Shown: positions 31,301 through 39,085 of the stretch, piece by piece
Numbering within the stretch: the stretch's first letter is position 1
Layout of the letters: each line of letters begins with the position of its first letter
Origin: Candidatus Eiseniibacteriota bacterium
GTDB lineage: Bacteria; Orphanbacterota; Orphanbacteria; Orphanbacterales; Orphanbacteraceae
DNA length: 64,000 nt
Direction: 5' to 3'
NCBI GenBank assembly: GCA_029262235.1
Contig: JAJCZU010000006.1
Coordinates: forward strand, 10,934 to 74,933
Made by a program: the position numbers and the translations under genes
Notes under the pieces: model-generated
Database searches by the model: none
What the model was told of the DNA's origin: nothing
Seen by the model: the letters and a program-made list of their open reading frames with translations, nothing else

Positions 31301-34300
31301 CTCCTGACCTTCCGGGTCACGACCGCCGATGCGGATGTTAAATACATGACTCTCCAGGCCCGTCCGGACTCCGCATACTGGGGTCTCCTCGGTGACTGGG
31401 AAGACATCGACGACCTCGACTTCGAACCGCAGTTCGACGTGGGTGGCGAGTACCTCTGGTGGCTCGAAACCACGCCGGGTGACATCGATCTTGATGACGG
31501 CCCGTATGAATGGCGTGTCCTCGCAACGGACTTTGCCTGCAATACGAACGCGCTCGATCCGCTCGTGGTCAAAGCGACTCTCGACACGGAAGATCCGAAC
31601 TGCCTCTTCGTCGGCGACGACGCGGTGGCTGACGGTGACATCGGTCAGGTTGCTGCCGGTGACGATGTGGAACTGACCTGGTTCGGTCAGGACAACAACG
31701 GTGCACGCGGACGTACTGACATCGAGCATGTCACCTTCTGGTACTTCGGTGCCGACGGCGACACGGTGATCATCGGTACGGACGATACGCCGACGCCGGA
31801 TCAGCTCGACACGCCTGGAACGAAGTGGACGGCCAACGTGACCTGGACGACGCCGGACTGGCTCGTACGTGACACGGAATGGACGGTCTACGCCTGGGCA
31901 TACGATACGCCCTGGAATCGGACGACCTGTTCGTTCGATATCAATATTGAAGATCGTCACGCTCCGCAGGGCACGCGCCTCGTGGGTGTTTCGCCGGACG
32001 AAGACTGCAATATCTTCCCGCGCGAAATCAGTGAGACGGTTCTGAATGAGCAGACCATCACGTGGACGAACGTCATTGAACTCGAAGCCGAAACGGCGGT
32101 CGGGGACAGCGGCATCGCACGCGTCTGGTTCTATGCGATTAACGAAGCCGGTGACACTCTTGTCATCGACGTTGATGAAAACCCGAGTTCCACGACCGAC
32201 GGTGCACAGGATGTCTGGCGCTGGTACGGCGAGTGGGACTGCGAAGAACTCGATCATGCAACGGACACGCCGAAATGGGCCGAAGGCTCGTACACGGTGT
32301 ACGCGTGGGCAGTTGACGAAGAGGACAACGTCGAAGTACCGACCATGTGGTACAACTTCGTCCTCGACAAGACTGCTCCGAAGGCCGTCGCGACGATCAA
32401 CGGTTCGACGGATGACACCACCATCGAACGAGGCGACTCGGTCCATGTCGGCGCCAACGTTGACGGTAACGAAGACGTTACGGTCACGTGGTACATGCGC
32501 TCGCACTACGACTCGACGCCGGGTGAAGATGCGTGGCTGGCCATGACGGTTCCGAACGGATTCAACTTCATCTATGAAACGACGAATCCGGATGACAACC
32601 GTCCGTACAGCTTCGACTGGGCGACCTGGCTGCAGGACGCTCCGCTCGAAGTCGGAAACTGCTACGACATCGTCCCGGTGGCTGAAGACCTCGTGTGCAA
32701 CGCGGGTGACATTCAGTCTGCCTGGGCGGCTGATTGTGGCATTACCTTCTGTGTCGAGGACAACATGGCGCCCTGCGCCACGATTACGTACCTCCGTCGC
32801 GAACTGTGCGACGAAGAGGGGAACATCGAGCAGCCCGATCGCGAACGAGTCCGAGGATTCGCGAGCTTGACGGCCAAGGTGCTCCGTGGCGATACGGACA
32901 CGCAGTGGGTCGCCTTCCAGTACAGCATCGACAACGGTGCGACCTGGGTACTTGCGGACAATGATGTGGATTCCCTGGGTGACTTCTCTTGGACACTCAA
33001 CGATTGGAATTCGGATCTGCTCCCTGAAGGTGACATCCTCTGGCGTGCCGTTGCGTATGACGACGCTGGCAACTTTGATGAAAGTGCTGCCTGCTCGCCG
33101 ACGCGTACGCTCGTGATCGATCGTACGGGCCCGACCATTGAAGTGGTTACGCCGAACGACTTCGATCAGTGCCCGTTCGTTCGCAATGAGGACGGTGACC
33201 CCGTGGTCCCGCTCATCATTACGAGCTCGGACGATCAGCAGCAGGCGCAGTTCGGTCTGGTCTTTGAATGGAAGAAGACGATCTCCGACACGACGCGCTG
33301 GTCGACATCGGACATTGAGGACTTCCTCTACGACGAAAAGTCGGGCTACTACACGACGACTTGGAACGTGGACGAAAACGAAAGCGGCAAGTACGACTTC
33401 CGCGTCACGGCTCTCGACAGTGCGTGCAACTGGACTACAGTCATGATGGCGACGGAAGTCGTGATCGACGTGGACGCACCGCTAGTCAACATCACCCGCT
33501 TCGAGATCGATCGGAACGTGGGTGGTGAGCAGACAACGGTCGTCTCCCAGATCAGCCAGGGGCTCGTGGTGGATGTTTCGGCCGGCGAACCGGTCCGCAT
33601 CTATGCTACGGCAACCGATGATGAACAGGACATCCCCGGCCCGCTCGATCAGGGTGTCGATAGTGTCTACTTCGAAGTTACGGCTTCGCTCGGCGGCACC
33701 ATCTACCACCTCGATCTGGGTGAGCAGGATGAAAGCGACAGCAGCCACTTCGTGGCACACTGGAACACGTCCGCGCTCGACCCGGGTGATTACTTCATCC
33801 GTGCCCGCGCCGTGGACCACTGCGGAAACGAATCGTACTCCGACTGGAGTGAGGTCAATGTGATCGACGATTCGCCGCCGCGTGCCGCTGTGATCTGCTG
33901 GGAGCCGGATGTCATTAACGACATCAACGCGACGACGAAGGTCAAGGTTTACGCCACCGAGTGGTGCAACCAGCGTGTTGATGAAGTGATGTTCCAGTAC
34001 CAGCGCGTCGACGCCTCGCAGGGCGACGGTGGAACGGACGACGGAGATGGGGCCGCCGGTAAGGCTGCCGCTCCGTGGGTCACGTTCGGCACGCAGACGA
34101 ACGTCGCTACCGACGATTCGCTCTGGTGCGCTGAGCTCGAGATCGGCCGCGGTACGATCTGGAACATCGGTGATGAAATGCTTCTCCGCGCGGTAGCGAT
34201 CACGCTCCGTCCGGAAATCACTTCGAAGACGGATGCCTCCGAAGCTTCGGCTTCGAACAAGGGAGACATTCTCTACTTCGATGCGAATCCCCCGTACACG

Positions 34301-37069
34301 CAGGTTCGCGTGGTGGCGGATCGCTTCAATCGCGATCTCGAGTCGGTGCATCCGGAAGGCGGCGCCTGGCTCAGCTATAACGACGTGAAAGTCGTACCGA
34401 ACGACGGTCTCGGAACGAACCTCTGGGTCGAAATCGCTATCAATGACTCGATCGTTGATAACGCCGACTGGGGTACGATCGCGAAGCCCTGGGTTCTCGT
34501 AACGGCCGATCGGGTTGTCAATCCGGCCGGCCCTGACGGAACAGAGCCCAACTTCGAAGAAATCGTCGAAATGGATCCGATGAACGAAGGTGGCGGACTC
34601 AGCCCGTACAACTGGGGTGGGTTCAGCTACAAGGGTCTGATCGATACGATCGGATGCGGCGGTTACATCTACGTGAACGCGGCGGTAGTGGAAGACAGCG
34701 GCTCGGCGACCAGCCCGGCACGCGTCGACATTATCCGTCACGTGATTGCTGTCCATGAAGTCACGAACGGCGCGGGTACCCGTGGTCCGGTCGCGATTCC
34801 TGGCGACGACAATCTCACGGTAAGCATTCCTTCGGGCAACGGTGTCTACGGTGGTCTCATGCTGACGCAGGCGAACACGCCGAGCGCGTCGCGCGATGAG
34901 AACGAGCAGGCATATCGTCTCCGCCCGTTCGGACAGGCGTACAGCCTGAAGATGCTGGATTGTGCCGGCGGCTTCACGAACGACTGCCCCGAGTTCAATG
35001 ACGGCTATGATGCCCTCATTACCTGGAGCTACGACGAAGAAGACCTGACGGTGGTCGACGCCTTCGGTGACTCCGTCACGATCAACGAACTGACCGACAT
35101 CTACGTCGCCCACTGGGACGGAGATGAGTGGGAGGGCGGATTCGACGCGGATCTGCGGGTTGATACGGAGAACAACACCGTAACGGTCAACATCGGTAGC
35201 TTCTGCTACAACGATGACTCATTCCAGGATGACGCGGTCTGGAGCCTGGTTGGCGTTACCGCGCCGACGCAGGTTGCCTTCTCACCGTGGTGTGACGGAT
35301 ACACGAACGAAAGTCCGGTATTCACGGCCACGCTGACGGACCATGTCGGGAATGGATACATCGAGCGGATGGAGATCTTCATCGACAACGAACTGGTTGC
35401 TTCAAACGGCGATCCCTTCGATCAGCTGGAAGACGACAACTGCTTCACGAACGACGATGACTATATCTACGTCCTCGGTAACGGAAGCATCTGTGCTGAA
35501 GTAGTTACGTATCAAGAAGATCAGATGACGATCCAGTACACGCATTCGACGAATGCCGCGGATGTTCTGGACGGCGGGCCTCACACGCTCCGCATCCAGT
35601 ACACGTCGTCCGATGATGAGGACAATACGTACAACATCATCCAGGAGTTCTCGGTCGATAACACGCCGGTGGCCATGGAGTGGAGCGGAGGCTTCCTCGC
35701 TGGTCCGTGTGTTGGAACCGCAGACTGCTTCATCAGTGGTGATGAGGACGGATCGCACGAAGGAATCACGGTCAAGCTGACCGACCTGGAGTCCGGCGTT
35801 CATACGCAGGGCAACAACGTCACGGCGACCCTGAATATCGTGTTCGGCGCTCTGGCTGAACTCGTCGGGAACACCGCAAGCCTGGGTGTCCTCGGTAACT
35901 TCGTAACGGTGAACGGTGTTGCCGTTCTGCCGGTCGCAGAACTCGGTCTCAAGATGGACGTCTGGCTCGTCGACGACGAAGACGATCAGACCGACATCGA
36001 TGAGTTCTGGGAACGCGCTCTCATTCAGTCGGCTACCCCGGTCATGCTCACGTATGAACCGGAGATCTGCCCGTACTCGAATGAGGCGAACTGTGACGAT
36101 TCGGTACATTACGATCCCAGTGACGACCTCTATGTCACGCTTCCGCTCACGGTGAATCTGAAGCCGTACGACGGACGTGAAATCGAAGTCGTTCTCTATA
36201 GCTCGAAAGTGGATCACATCGGATTCGACTCCAACCTGATCGGTATCTTCGGTGATGCCCCCGAAGGTTGGAATGAAGATGACGATGAAGAATTCACGCG
36301 GTACATCTTTGGACCGTTCGATTGTGTCGGTAACGTCGGATCGCAGTACGCTGCGCGCCGATTCATCGTGGACAGCTCGGCTCCGGTCGTAACGTTCTCG
36401 ACGCCGAACCAGGTCAACCCGGGATCGGACCTTCCGATCTGGGCGACGATCGCGGACGGTACGGAATCCGCCAGCGGCGCGGGAGTGGACGAGTCCACGC
36501 TCGAGCTCACGCTGAACGGACCGAGTGGTGAATGCTTCTCGATCAACCCGGCGACGTACGTTGTTGACACCTCGGAGAAGGCTTCGAACGACAGCAACGC
36601 GGTCATCGAATCGATCGAGTGGGATGGTGAAATGGTTCACGCTGTGGTCTCCGGCCTCGAAGAGAAGGGGAATTACACCCTCACGCTCTCCGGTCGTGAC
36701 CGCACGGGGAACAGCTTCACCGCCACGCACAGCTTCGTGGTCGGCAGCTCGGTGCTGACGATTACGGACGCTGCGGTGTACCCGAACCCCGTCGATCCGT
36801 CTGATGGAGATGAAGCTTGCATTAACTTCCTCCTCGGCGGAACGCGCGATGCGCAGGTCCAGTACATGATCTACGACTTCGCGGGTGACCTCGTCTACGA
36901 GTCGCCGGTCGCTTCCATGGCACCTGGTCAGATCAGCCAGTGCTGGAACGGTCGGACGAACGGCGGGACGATGGTGGCCAACGGTGGTTACCTGGCCCGG
37001 ATTCTGGTGAACGACGGAGCCGGCACGAAAGCCGAAACCGTCAAGATCGCCATCCGGAAGGGAGACTAA
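22358..37069 (+). CDS. Giant (~4,900 aa) highly acidic repetitive cell-surface protein with signal peptide and type IX secretion C-terminal sorting domain (SprB-like adhesin analogue)
   Basis: RBS AAGGAGG then ATG 22358 (MSSRRKGRLKTLSLFALLLTGMLFAPQADA); one uninterrupted 14.7-kb ORF; very Asp/Thr/Gly-rich with recurrent Ca-binding-type loops (DENGNGAFDLGEYF, DYNGNKVFDGGGD, DYDGDGYSPIDP, DDDGDE); last ~90 aa (VYPNP.DPSDGDEACI.F.L.G..DAQV.Y.IYDFAGDLVY.......G.....W.G....G..VANGGYLARI....G.....TVKIAIRK) is a Por_Secre_tail-type domain. Confidence 0.85.
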   Translation: MSSRRKGRLKTLSLFALLLTGMLFAPQADALPEVGSLTIRDVTYDSGADRLDIVFDRTVSAAAATDFRFNDGTTYAGGAPVISGLLGNVVSLTTFSTAPVPGTTTVAIKDSLAAITGLEIITGNATATRDFSFHPIVTGPVIASALYTAGESDLDPTNDVITVEFNTGVTFVPAAHDTLFSMPQLKGTQTIGDDDGDEFLTLIFGADETTVLDYVSTVGLASDILAGMGIQDSNTDEMTSLTRVRVGSGSGAFPLYAPWYADAGGVGGGNDRFYYVMSGDVSFNTPGIGITGITTFSGAGVAPTFSGEVWSTPNRRTVVGVRNAHKDGNYLSAPVLGTSTRPTLPVDADLVNATLTTAADSADSGPAGVPIGFGPAIIAAYWDGNADQIILYFSEGFGTNPVAADFQINGDVATGIGAGWTLATVAGREVRLNAPADTTWLEGDVINIETTPVMVGLSGFVPSFTGAAGTVDNAIPIRDATPPSSNLALTDLLERNPQDTLSHGFISLYENPDLDVCYYLILSKIGEEVNNGDFDTTLNVCGSIPFPNPQGVDGDTATVIIDITPGLNDATGTVIAQGDRVFFGVAPVDKEGNIGQSYRVPGSLVAGPVACPRDFITIADDLRISLGADSIVVTDNNIWINGHADPVPDTLVGDTLAVDPFDIVVVYQDAALTDSIAAGTATDVGSFVIGLPSDAGDANDWIYLTSRDQFGNQCPGFTQILNDQTPPAITKHGDPKNPWAIYGPGDSVCVFVEGADTTAGVAIDQISSLLSGTVEILTFHMPQEIVASASFVAWGSDQTDNDGDWISGAVGDSAVCGPAYRRPADTCRVGTEDYAEPYCDENGNGAFDLGEYFVDYNGNKVFDGGGDFNLDYLDAPYTGDTTNIGGEGPTMRQELAMYKASFANLDAALANPEPVQWLICRVRLLDKNENESILLDTITFDNLAPEQSQFSRLARRDSSQSGAGSGNLLPDIGGTANCYTVGNFVDFDVTTYSDSHDVDYVLLQINTGGGWGDLNFDPNGDLNADGQPGKAGIDDDFDGWADTLDVQVHNAMQNSLAADAADTDSTPAAGDGIWALNDGIDNDNNGVIDDATDTTYAANFMDDDDEDGMLDGTTVSTLDAVIGGGFGPGVNMFPQYLHVAGIAATDTSLNVPGDGFSDETALLFPDIGTPIPLTGTDEVFGWAALNGFNLNMRMIQHHYNIPNETQFSLRAVPYDTRGGRIGPMSKAGGVFDDDIAANRTGNSDPTKAIQICLIVDTTGVACAIDVAAFGENTGADSAAAANIDYTAWDSEDSTYTSPAAPLSYTLTAAGSGAEIDSVVFYAMMWNVDPVDPDTWLGTWTRVGADSDGIPYNTDWTAPIVTNKPCDKTLRYYFYCQAFGASGLFEEALADSDTALAELVVEVVDHVFPITNITSVGNDYDLTNGATVPADSAIHIRIEGTADLDDRDGLAGFSDITSIEFQQRRTNNGNNSAGPWYTIGSIATPFDSMPPVDVVWRTDTLTARDYDVRAIGIDCEGNSNIKFTQVVHVSIDTLGLRAYIEPQVFESSDSITLTAQVFIHDESIDNVDFQVWPDSNENCLPDENISWVSIYNDDNDDSSSADPGGDVTLRVGSGTLYEVSQLTPGDKYVDFDADHGYIDYDGDGYSPIDPVVWDDNSDGFYDESDGDTTVIGQVVSTGTPPAITSFDADEFYADYNTNGDLDDDDWIFKEGLGGFEAGSDEHHTWQGGWNVADLSGSWLIRSVATDELGNVDTDSNTAIPYICCGLDVDAPAAQVCKIAMGLGGFSWYDGMPVDSVVCGDNEWVKLWACLNDSADYADLDYIRFEYSVDNVNWTDLDVNDDNDFYVDIDDTLGFSLGDAIVRDDYSADTTFTVDASDVLLRNGIAGDISDIYGYRMFPLSDEDGAGGGDEDGDGNADEDDFDEEDSRDPYCVYFNIRDLTMNDGLFRTSTRVYFRAVAVDENGNEDTDPTITQFVIQENVDPETDIVWATDENGDTLDVYPATQDGDGGDALYLINQLNLHVTVEDSSTVDSVYVWYRWNPKAYEGLNNLNNPWQRAAVVDVVYPFNLDWDISGLTDGCYQFAVIARDETCNESAPRLNPYEFTKLSVLAEIESALRPLDWTKNGNLDHHSSVTLDTVQVGAELWIRAELSASATAADAANAEVYFWYADRVLGEELTVQTFYPYISSDVAASDSGYSIFGDEDNWWCDVQVHVDTGTADGIATYYTNDDFEALAAPTKFDFTVRGGSKIEFGAQLASTDVAYVSYNYTGWQLIADSPDDDVDENGYFTSAWDPADPVPAPENKGLTCAYDMIAQVQYDFGGDDNCLAETPWSENKIVLLQEIDGPEVTLHGFFWDEDSPFTEYNWSGNPMRQSNGSHRKTKLCGIEYDAFVIVDSVEADSVKLAFDSGTQYDLTNYVTGDTITLTITMNEQDFLWFTNPAIFPDSIENVHLLWDTSGDTQKITMYDDGAHNDGAADDGWWGTQVDVIVGSSLRDYNYQFDIDGSGDEDGVFNDPRVNGSDVQVPADFWHRNFTTELGEGTHTAVASAWGNFGVLGTNTTSAQGPIVFTIDCTPMTVESLNIVQDCDSDDEFQFVAIIRDAGELITDIFEVDEVRFQYATDVHKDRWIDLEDLDYFDRETGWVWEGNWPSSALPASDGIDNNGNGITDEPEEEDYEFCIRVVVADCGWAVTVFPTVPEDVTVRIDRSAPTITMTSPAQGATVTYGEDFTVCAQPDVTGQEIDYYVFYFSDQSGNWIPIDPTPQDDGDDPWVPADGDNEVCVTFDTDWLGNQEDQYVQFLAVAVDNGCNRSDSTQTTPIVAAVNDTIGPAACIISIDLDCDNEISVADPNLRIQGDEVTVVGKVLSDADRVSVVEFWLNDGTTNHLVGFENDLSGNPAALSFTFNANDYIASGTTAEGSIWFLARDLDGNPDPTPLMVPVTWDRVDPSVNYTAVNFVDGTEDYADDDIVDNTSLALKADPFTGLLTFRVTTADADVKYMTLQARPDSAYWGLLGDWEDIDDLDFEPQFDVGGEYLWWLETTPGDIDLDDGPYEWRVLATDFACNTNALDPLVVKATLDTEDPNCLFVGDDAVADGDIGQVAAGDDVELTWFGQDNNGARGRTDIEHVTFWYFGADGDTVIIGTDDTPTPDQLDTPGTKWTANVTWTTPDWLVRDTEWTVYAWAYDTPWNRTTCSFDINIEDRHAPQGTRLVGVSPDEDCNIFPREISETVLNEQTITWTNVIELEAETAVGDSGIARVWFYAINEAGDTLVIDVDENPSSTTDGAQDVWRWYGEWDCEELDHATDTPKWAEGSYTVYAWAVDEEDNVEVPTMWYNFVLDKTAPKAVATINGSTDDTTIERGDSVHVGANVDGNEDVTVTWYMRSHYDSTPGEDAWLAMTVPNGFNFIYETTNPDDNRPYSFDWATWLQDAPLEVGNCYDIVPVAEDLVCNAGDIQSAWAADCGITFCVEDNMAPCATITYLRRELCDEEGNIEQPDRERVRGFASLTAKVLRGDTDTQWVAFQYSIDNGATWVLADNDVDSLGDFSWTLNDWNSDLLPEGDILWRAVAYDDAGNFDESAACSPTRTLVIDRTGPTIEVVTPNDFDQCPFVRNEDGDPVVPLIITSSDDQQQAQFGLVFEWKKTISDTTRWSTSDIEDFLYDEKSGYYTTTWNVDENESGKYDFRVTALDSACNWTTVMMATEVVIDVDAPLVNITRFEIDRNVGGEQTTVVSQISQGLVVDVSAGEPVRIYATATDDEQDIPGPLDQGVDSVYFEVTASLGGTIYHLDLGEQDESDSSHFVAHWNTSALDPGDYFIRARAVDHCGNESYSDWSEVNVIDDSPPRAAVICWEPDVINDINATTKVKVYATEWCNQRVDEVMFQYQRVDASQGDGGTDDGDGAAGKAAAPWVTFGTQTNVATDDSLWCAELEIGRGTIWNIGDEMLLRAVAITLRPEITSKTDASEASASNKGDILYFDANPPYTQVRVVADRFNRDLESVHPEGGAWLSYNDVKVVPNDGLGTNLWVEIAINDSIVDNADWGTIAKPWVLVTADRVVNPAGPDGTEPNFEEIVEMDPMNEGGGLSPYNWGGFSYKGLIDTIGCGGYIYVNAAVVEDSGSATSPARVDIIRHVIAVHEVTNGAGTRGPVAIPGDDNLTVSIPSGNGVYGGLMLTQANTPSASRDENEQAYRLRPFGQAYSLKMLDCAGGFTNDCPEFNDGYDALITWSYDEEDLTVVDAFGDSVTINELTDIYVAHWDGDEWEGGFDADLRVDTENNTVTVNIGSFCYNDDSFQDDAVWSLVGVTAPTQVAFSPWCDGYTNESPVFTATLTDHVGNGYIERMEIFIDNELVASNGDPFDQLEDDNCFTNDDDYIYVLGNGSICAEVVTYQEDQMTIQYTHSTNAADVLDGGPHTLRIQYTSSDDEDNTYNIIQEFSVDNTPVAMEWSGGFLAGPCVGTADCFISGDEDGSHEGITVKLTDLESGVHTQGNNVTATLNIVFGALAELVGNTASLGVLGNFVTVNGVAVLPVAELGLKMDVWLVDDEDDQTDIDEFWERALIQSATPVMLTYEPEICPYSNEANCDDSVHYDPSDDLYVTLPLTVNLKPYDGREIEVVLYSSKVDHIGFDSNLIGIFGDAPEGWNEDDDEEFTRYIFGPFDCVGNVGSQYAARRFIVDSSAPVVTFSTPNQVNPGSDLPIWATIADGTESASGAGVDESTLELTLNGPSGECFSINPATYVVDTSEKASNDSNAVIESIEWDGEMVHAVVSGLEEKGNYTLTLSGRDRTGNSFTATHSFVVGSSVLTITDAAVYPNPVDPSDGDEACINFLLGGTRDAQVQYMIYDFAGDLVYESPVASMAPGQISQCWNGRTNGGTMVANGGYLARILVNDGAGTKAETVKIAIRKGD

Positions 37070-37313
37070 TCAATAAGGCTTCGGGGGGGAGCTTGACTCC
37101 CCCCCAAGCCTCTTCATATTCGAGGGCCCGGAATTCACCGTGGCTCTCGAACATGAGGAGGACCTTGATTCTGAGGTTTTCTGATTGGTCAAAGAGGGTG
37201 AGATGAAACAGCGAGTTGATAATAAAAGTCAGAGTGAAATCAGAGAGAGAGTCAAACAGTCGGATGAGTCATTGAAGTACTCATTTGATCCCTATGAGAG
37301 GAGGACCGAGAGA

Positions 37314-39005
37314 ATGTGCATTCGCAGTAAGGCGGTTACCGCGCTTGCGGCCGTCGGGTCGATTGCTCTTCTCGTTGCGTTCACGGTTCCGGCGTTCGCC
37401 GAAGAGAACGGTAGCGACAACCACGCGGCTGCGTTCAGTCGTGTGGGCGTTGGTGCCCGCGCTCTCGGTATGGGTGGCGCCTATACTGCCGTAGCGGATG
37501 ATGCAAACGCAACGATGTGGAACCCGGCCGGCCTTGCTCGTGTCGACAACCTGAACTTCACGTTCATGTACACGGGCGGCTACGATTTTGACCGTAACCA
37601 TAACTACTTCGGTTACGCGCAGTCTTTCAACATGGCATCAGTCGGTATCGGCTGGACGAATGCCGGTTGGGATGACTTCGTGCGTGCAGGCCAGGGTAGT
37701 GGTGACGGTGGAAGCTTCGATCTCACGGACAACCTGATTCACCTCGGTGTCGCACGTCAGTACGGCCCGGTCGGTTTCGGTGTCGCCGGTAAGATCTTCG
37801 ACCAGGAGATCGACGGCAAATCGGAATCCGGTGGTGGTGTGGACGTCGGTACGTTCTTCATGCCCAGCCCGTACATGACCTTCGGTGTCACCGTACAGGA
37901 TGTCTGGAGTGAAATCGGTGAAGATCAGGTTCCGTTCAACCTTCGTGGCGGTGTCGCACTCAAGCCGATGGGCGATCTTACGCTCGCGGCGGACATCGAA
38001 CACGGTGAAGACGACGAAACGGTCTTCCATCTCGGTGCCGAAGCATGGTTCGAATACCATCCTGGCTACCAGCTCGCGCTTCGCGCGGGTGCGAGCGACA
38101 TCGCTCGTGACGACCAGGACAATGGTTACTCCCTCGGTCTCGGGCTCCGCGTTCCGCGGTTCTTCGGTATCGGGCTGGACTATGCCTTCGTGAACGAAAT
38201 GGAAGATTTCATGGGCGAGAACCATCGTATCTCCCTCAATCTTGCCTTTGGCGAGCGTGAGCGTGATCGCGATGGCGACGGCATTCCGGATTACGACGAC
38301 GAATGCCCGAACTCGGCCGAAGACTTTGATGGGTTCATGGATGATGACGGTTGCCCGGATCTCGACAACGACGGCGACGGCATTGTGGATGAACTCGACT
38401 CGTGCCCGGATGAAGCCGAAGACTTCGACGGCATCGATGATTCGGACGGTTGCCCGGAACTGGATGACAGGGACGGCGACGGCCTGATGGACGCTGACGA
38501 TCAGTGCCCGGATGAGCCCGAAGACTTCGATGGATTTGAAGACGGCGACGGCTGCCCGGATGATGACAACGATGGCGACGGCATCCCGGATGCGCAGGAT
38601 CGTTGCATGAACAATGCAGAGACCTACAACGGTTATATGGACGACGACGGTTGCCCGGACATCGCTCCGCGCGAAAACTTGAACGGCGTCCACTTCGAGT
38701 TCAATTCTGCCAAGCTGAAGCTCGGCTCGCAGCAGATCCTCGACGAACTCGTCCGCGCCCTCAAGGCGAACCCGGACGTGAACGTGCAGATCGAAGGCCA
38801 CACCGATGATGTCGGTTCGGCTTCGTACAACAAGGATCTCTCGCAGCGCCGCGCGAAAGCCGTGGTGGACTACATCGTAACCAAGGGGATCAACGCTTCG
38901 CGTCTCTCCCCGCAGGGTTACGGTGAAGAGCGTCCGATCGCGTCGAACAAGACGCCGGAAGGACGACTGGAGAATCGGCGGGTTGAAGTAATCCGCATGA
39001 ACTAA
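37314..39005 (+). CDS. Outer-membrane protein: PorV/FadL-like N-terminal beta-barrel region + six TSP3 calcium-binding repeats + C-terminal OmpA-family peptidoglycan-binding domain
   Basis: RBS GAGGAGGA then ATG 37314; signal peptide MCIRSKAVTALAAVGSIALLVAFTVPAFA; N-terminal motif RVGVGARALGMGGAYTAVADDANATMWNPAGLA as in PorV/UPF0164-type barrels (pattern matched from memory, so uncertain); repeats DRDGDGIPDYDDECP / DNDGDGIVDELDSCP etc. at nt 38260-38665; OmpA-C domain NGVHFEFNSAKL...QIEGHTDDVGSASYNKDLSQRRAKAV...GYGEERPIA.N.T.EGR..NRRVE. Confidence 0.75.
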   Translation: MCIRSKAVTALAAVGSIALLVAFTVPAFAEENGSDNHAAAFSRVGVGARALGMGGAYTAVADDANATMWNPAGLARVDNLNFTFMYTGGYDFDRNHNYFGYAQSFNMASVGIGWTNAGWDDFVRAGQGSGDGGSFDLTDNLIHLGVARQYGPVGFGVAGKIFDQEIDGKSESGGGVDVGTFFMPSPYMTFGVTVQDVWSEIGEDQVPFNLRGGVALKPMGDLTLAADIEHGEDDETVFHLGAEAWFEYHPGYQLALRAGASDIARDDQDNGYSLGLGLRVPRFFGIGLDYAFVNEMEDFMGENHRISLNLAFGERERDRDGDGIPDYDDECPNSAEDFDGFMDDDGCPDLDNDGDGIVDELDSCPDEAEDFDGIDDSDGCPELDDRDGDGLMDADDQCPDEPEDFDGFEDGDGCPDDDNDGDGIPDAQDRCMNNAETYNGYMDDDGCPDIAPRENLNGVHFEFNSAKLKLGSQQILDELVRALKANPDVNVQIEGHTDDVGSASYNKDLSQRRAKAVVDYIVTKGINASRLSPQGYGEERPIASNKTPEGRLENRRVEVIRMN

Positions 39006-39039
39006 GCCGGTTCAAGGACTCTCATAGGGAACTCTGCTA

Positions 39040-39070
39040 GGGGGACGAGTCTCTGCTCGTCCCCCTTTTT
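39040..39070 (+). terminator. Rho-independent terminator
   Basis: GGGGGACGAG-TCTCTG-CTCGTCCCCC hairpin followed by TTTTT. Confidence 0.8.
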
Positions 39071-39085
39071 CTGTGTCCGCGCCAC

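Noticed and set aside
22295-36730. Several very long reverse-strand ORFs inside the giant gene (22295..24697, 25082..26938, 27833..28993, 29183..32506 at 1107 aa, 33482..35113, 35402..36730)
   Set aside because: They are antisense to a coherent 14.7-kb + strand gene with signal peptide and T9SS C-terminal domain. Their translations are Arg/Val/Asp-rich low-complexity strings, and they are tiled end to end. This is the classic open antisense frame of a high-GC, high-GC3 gene.
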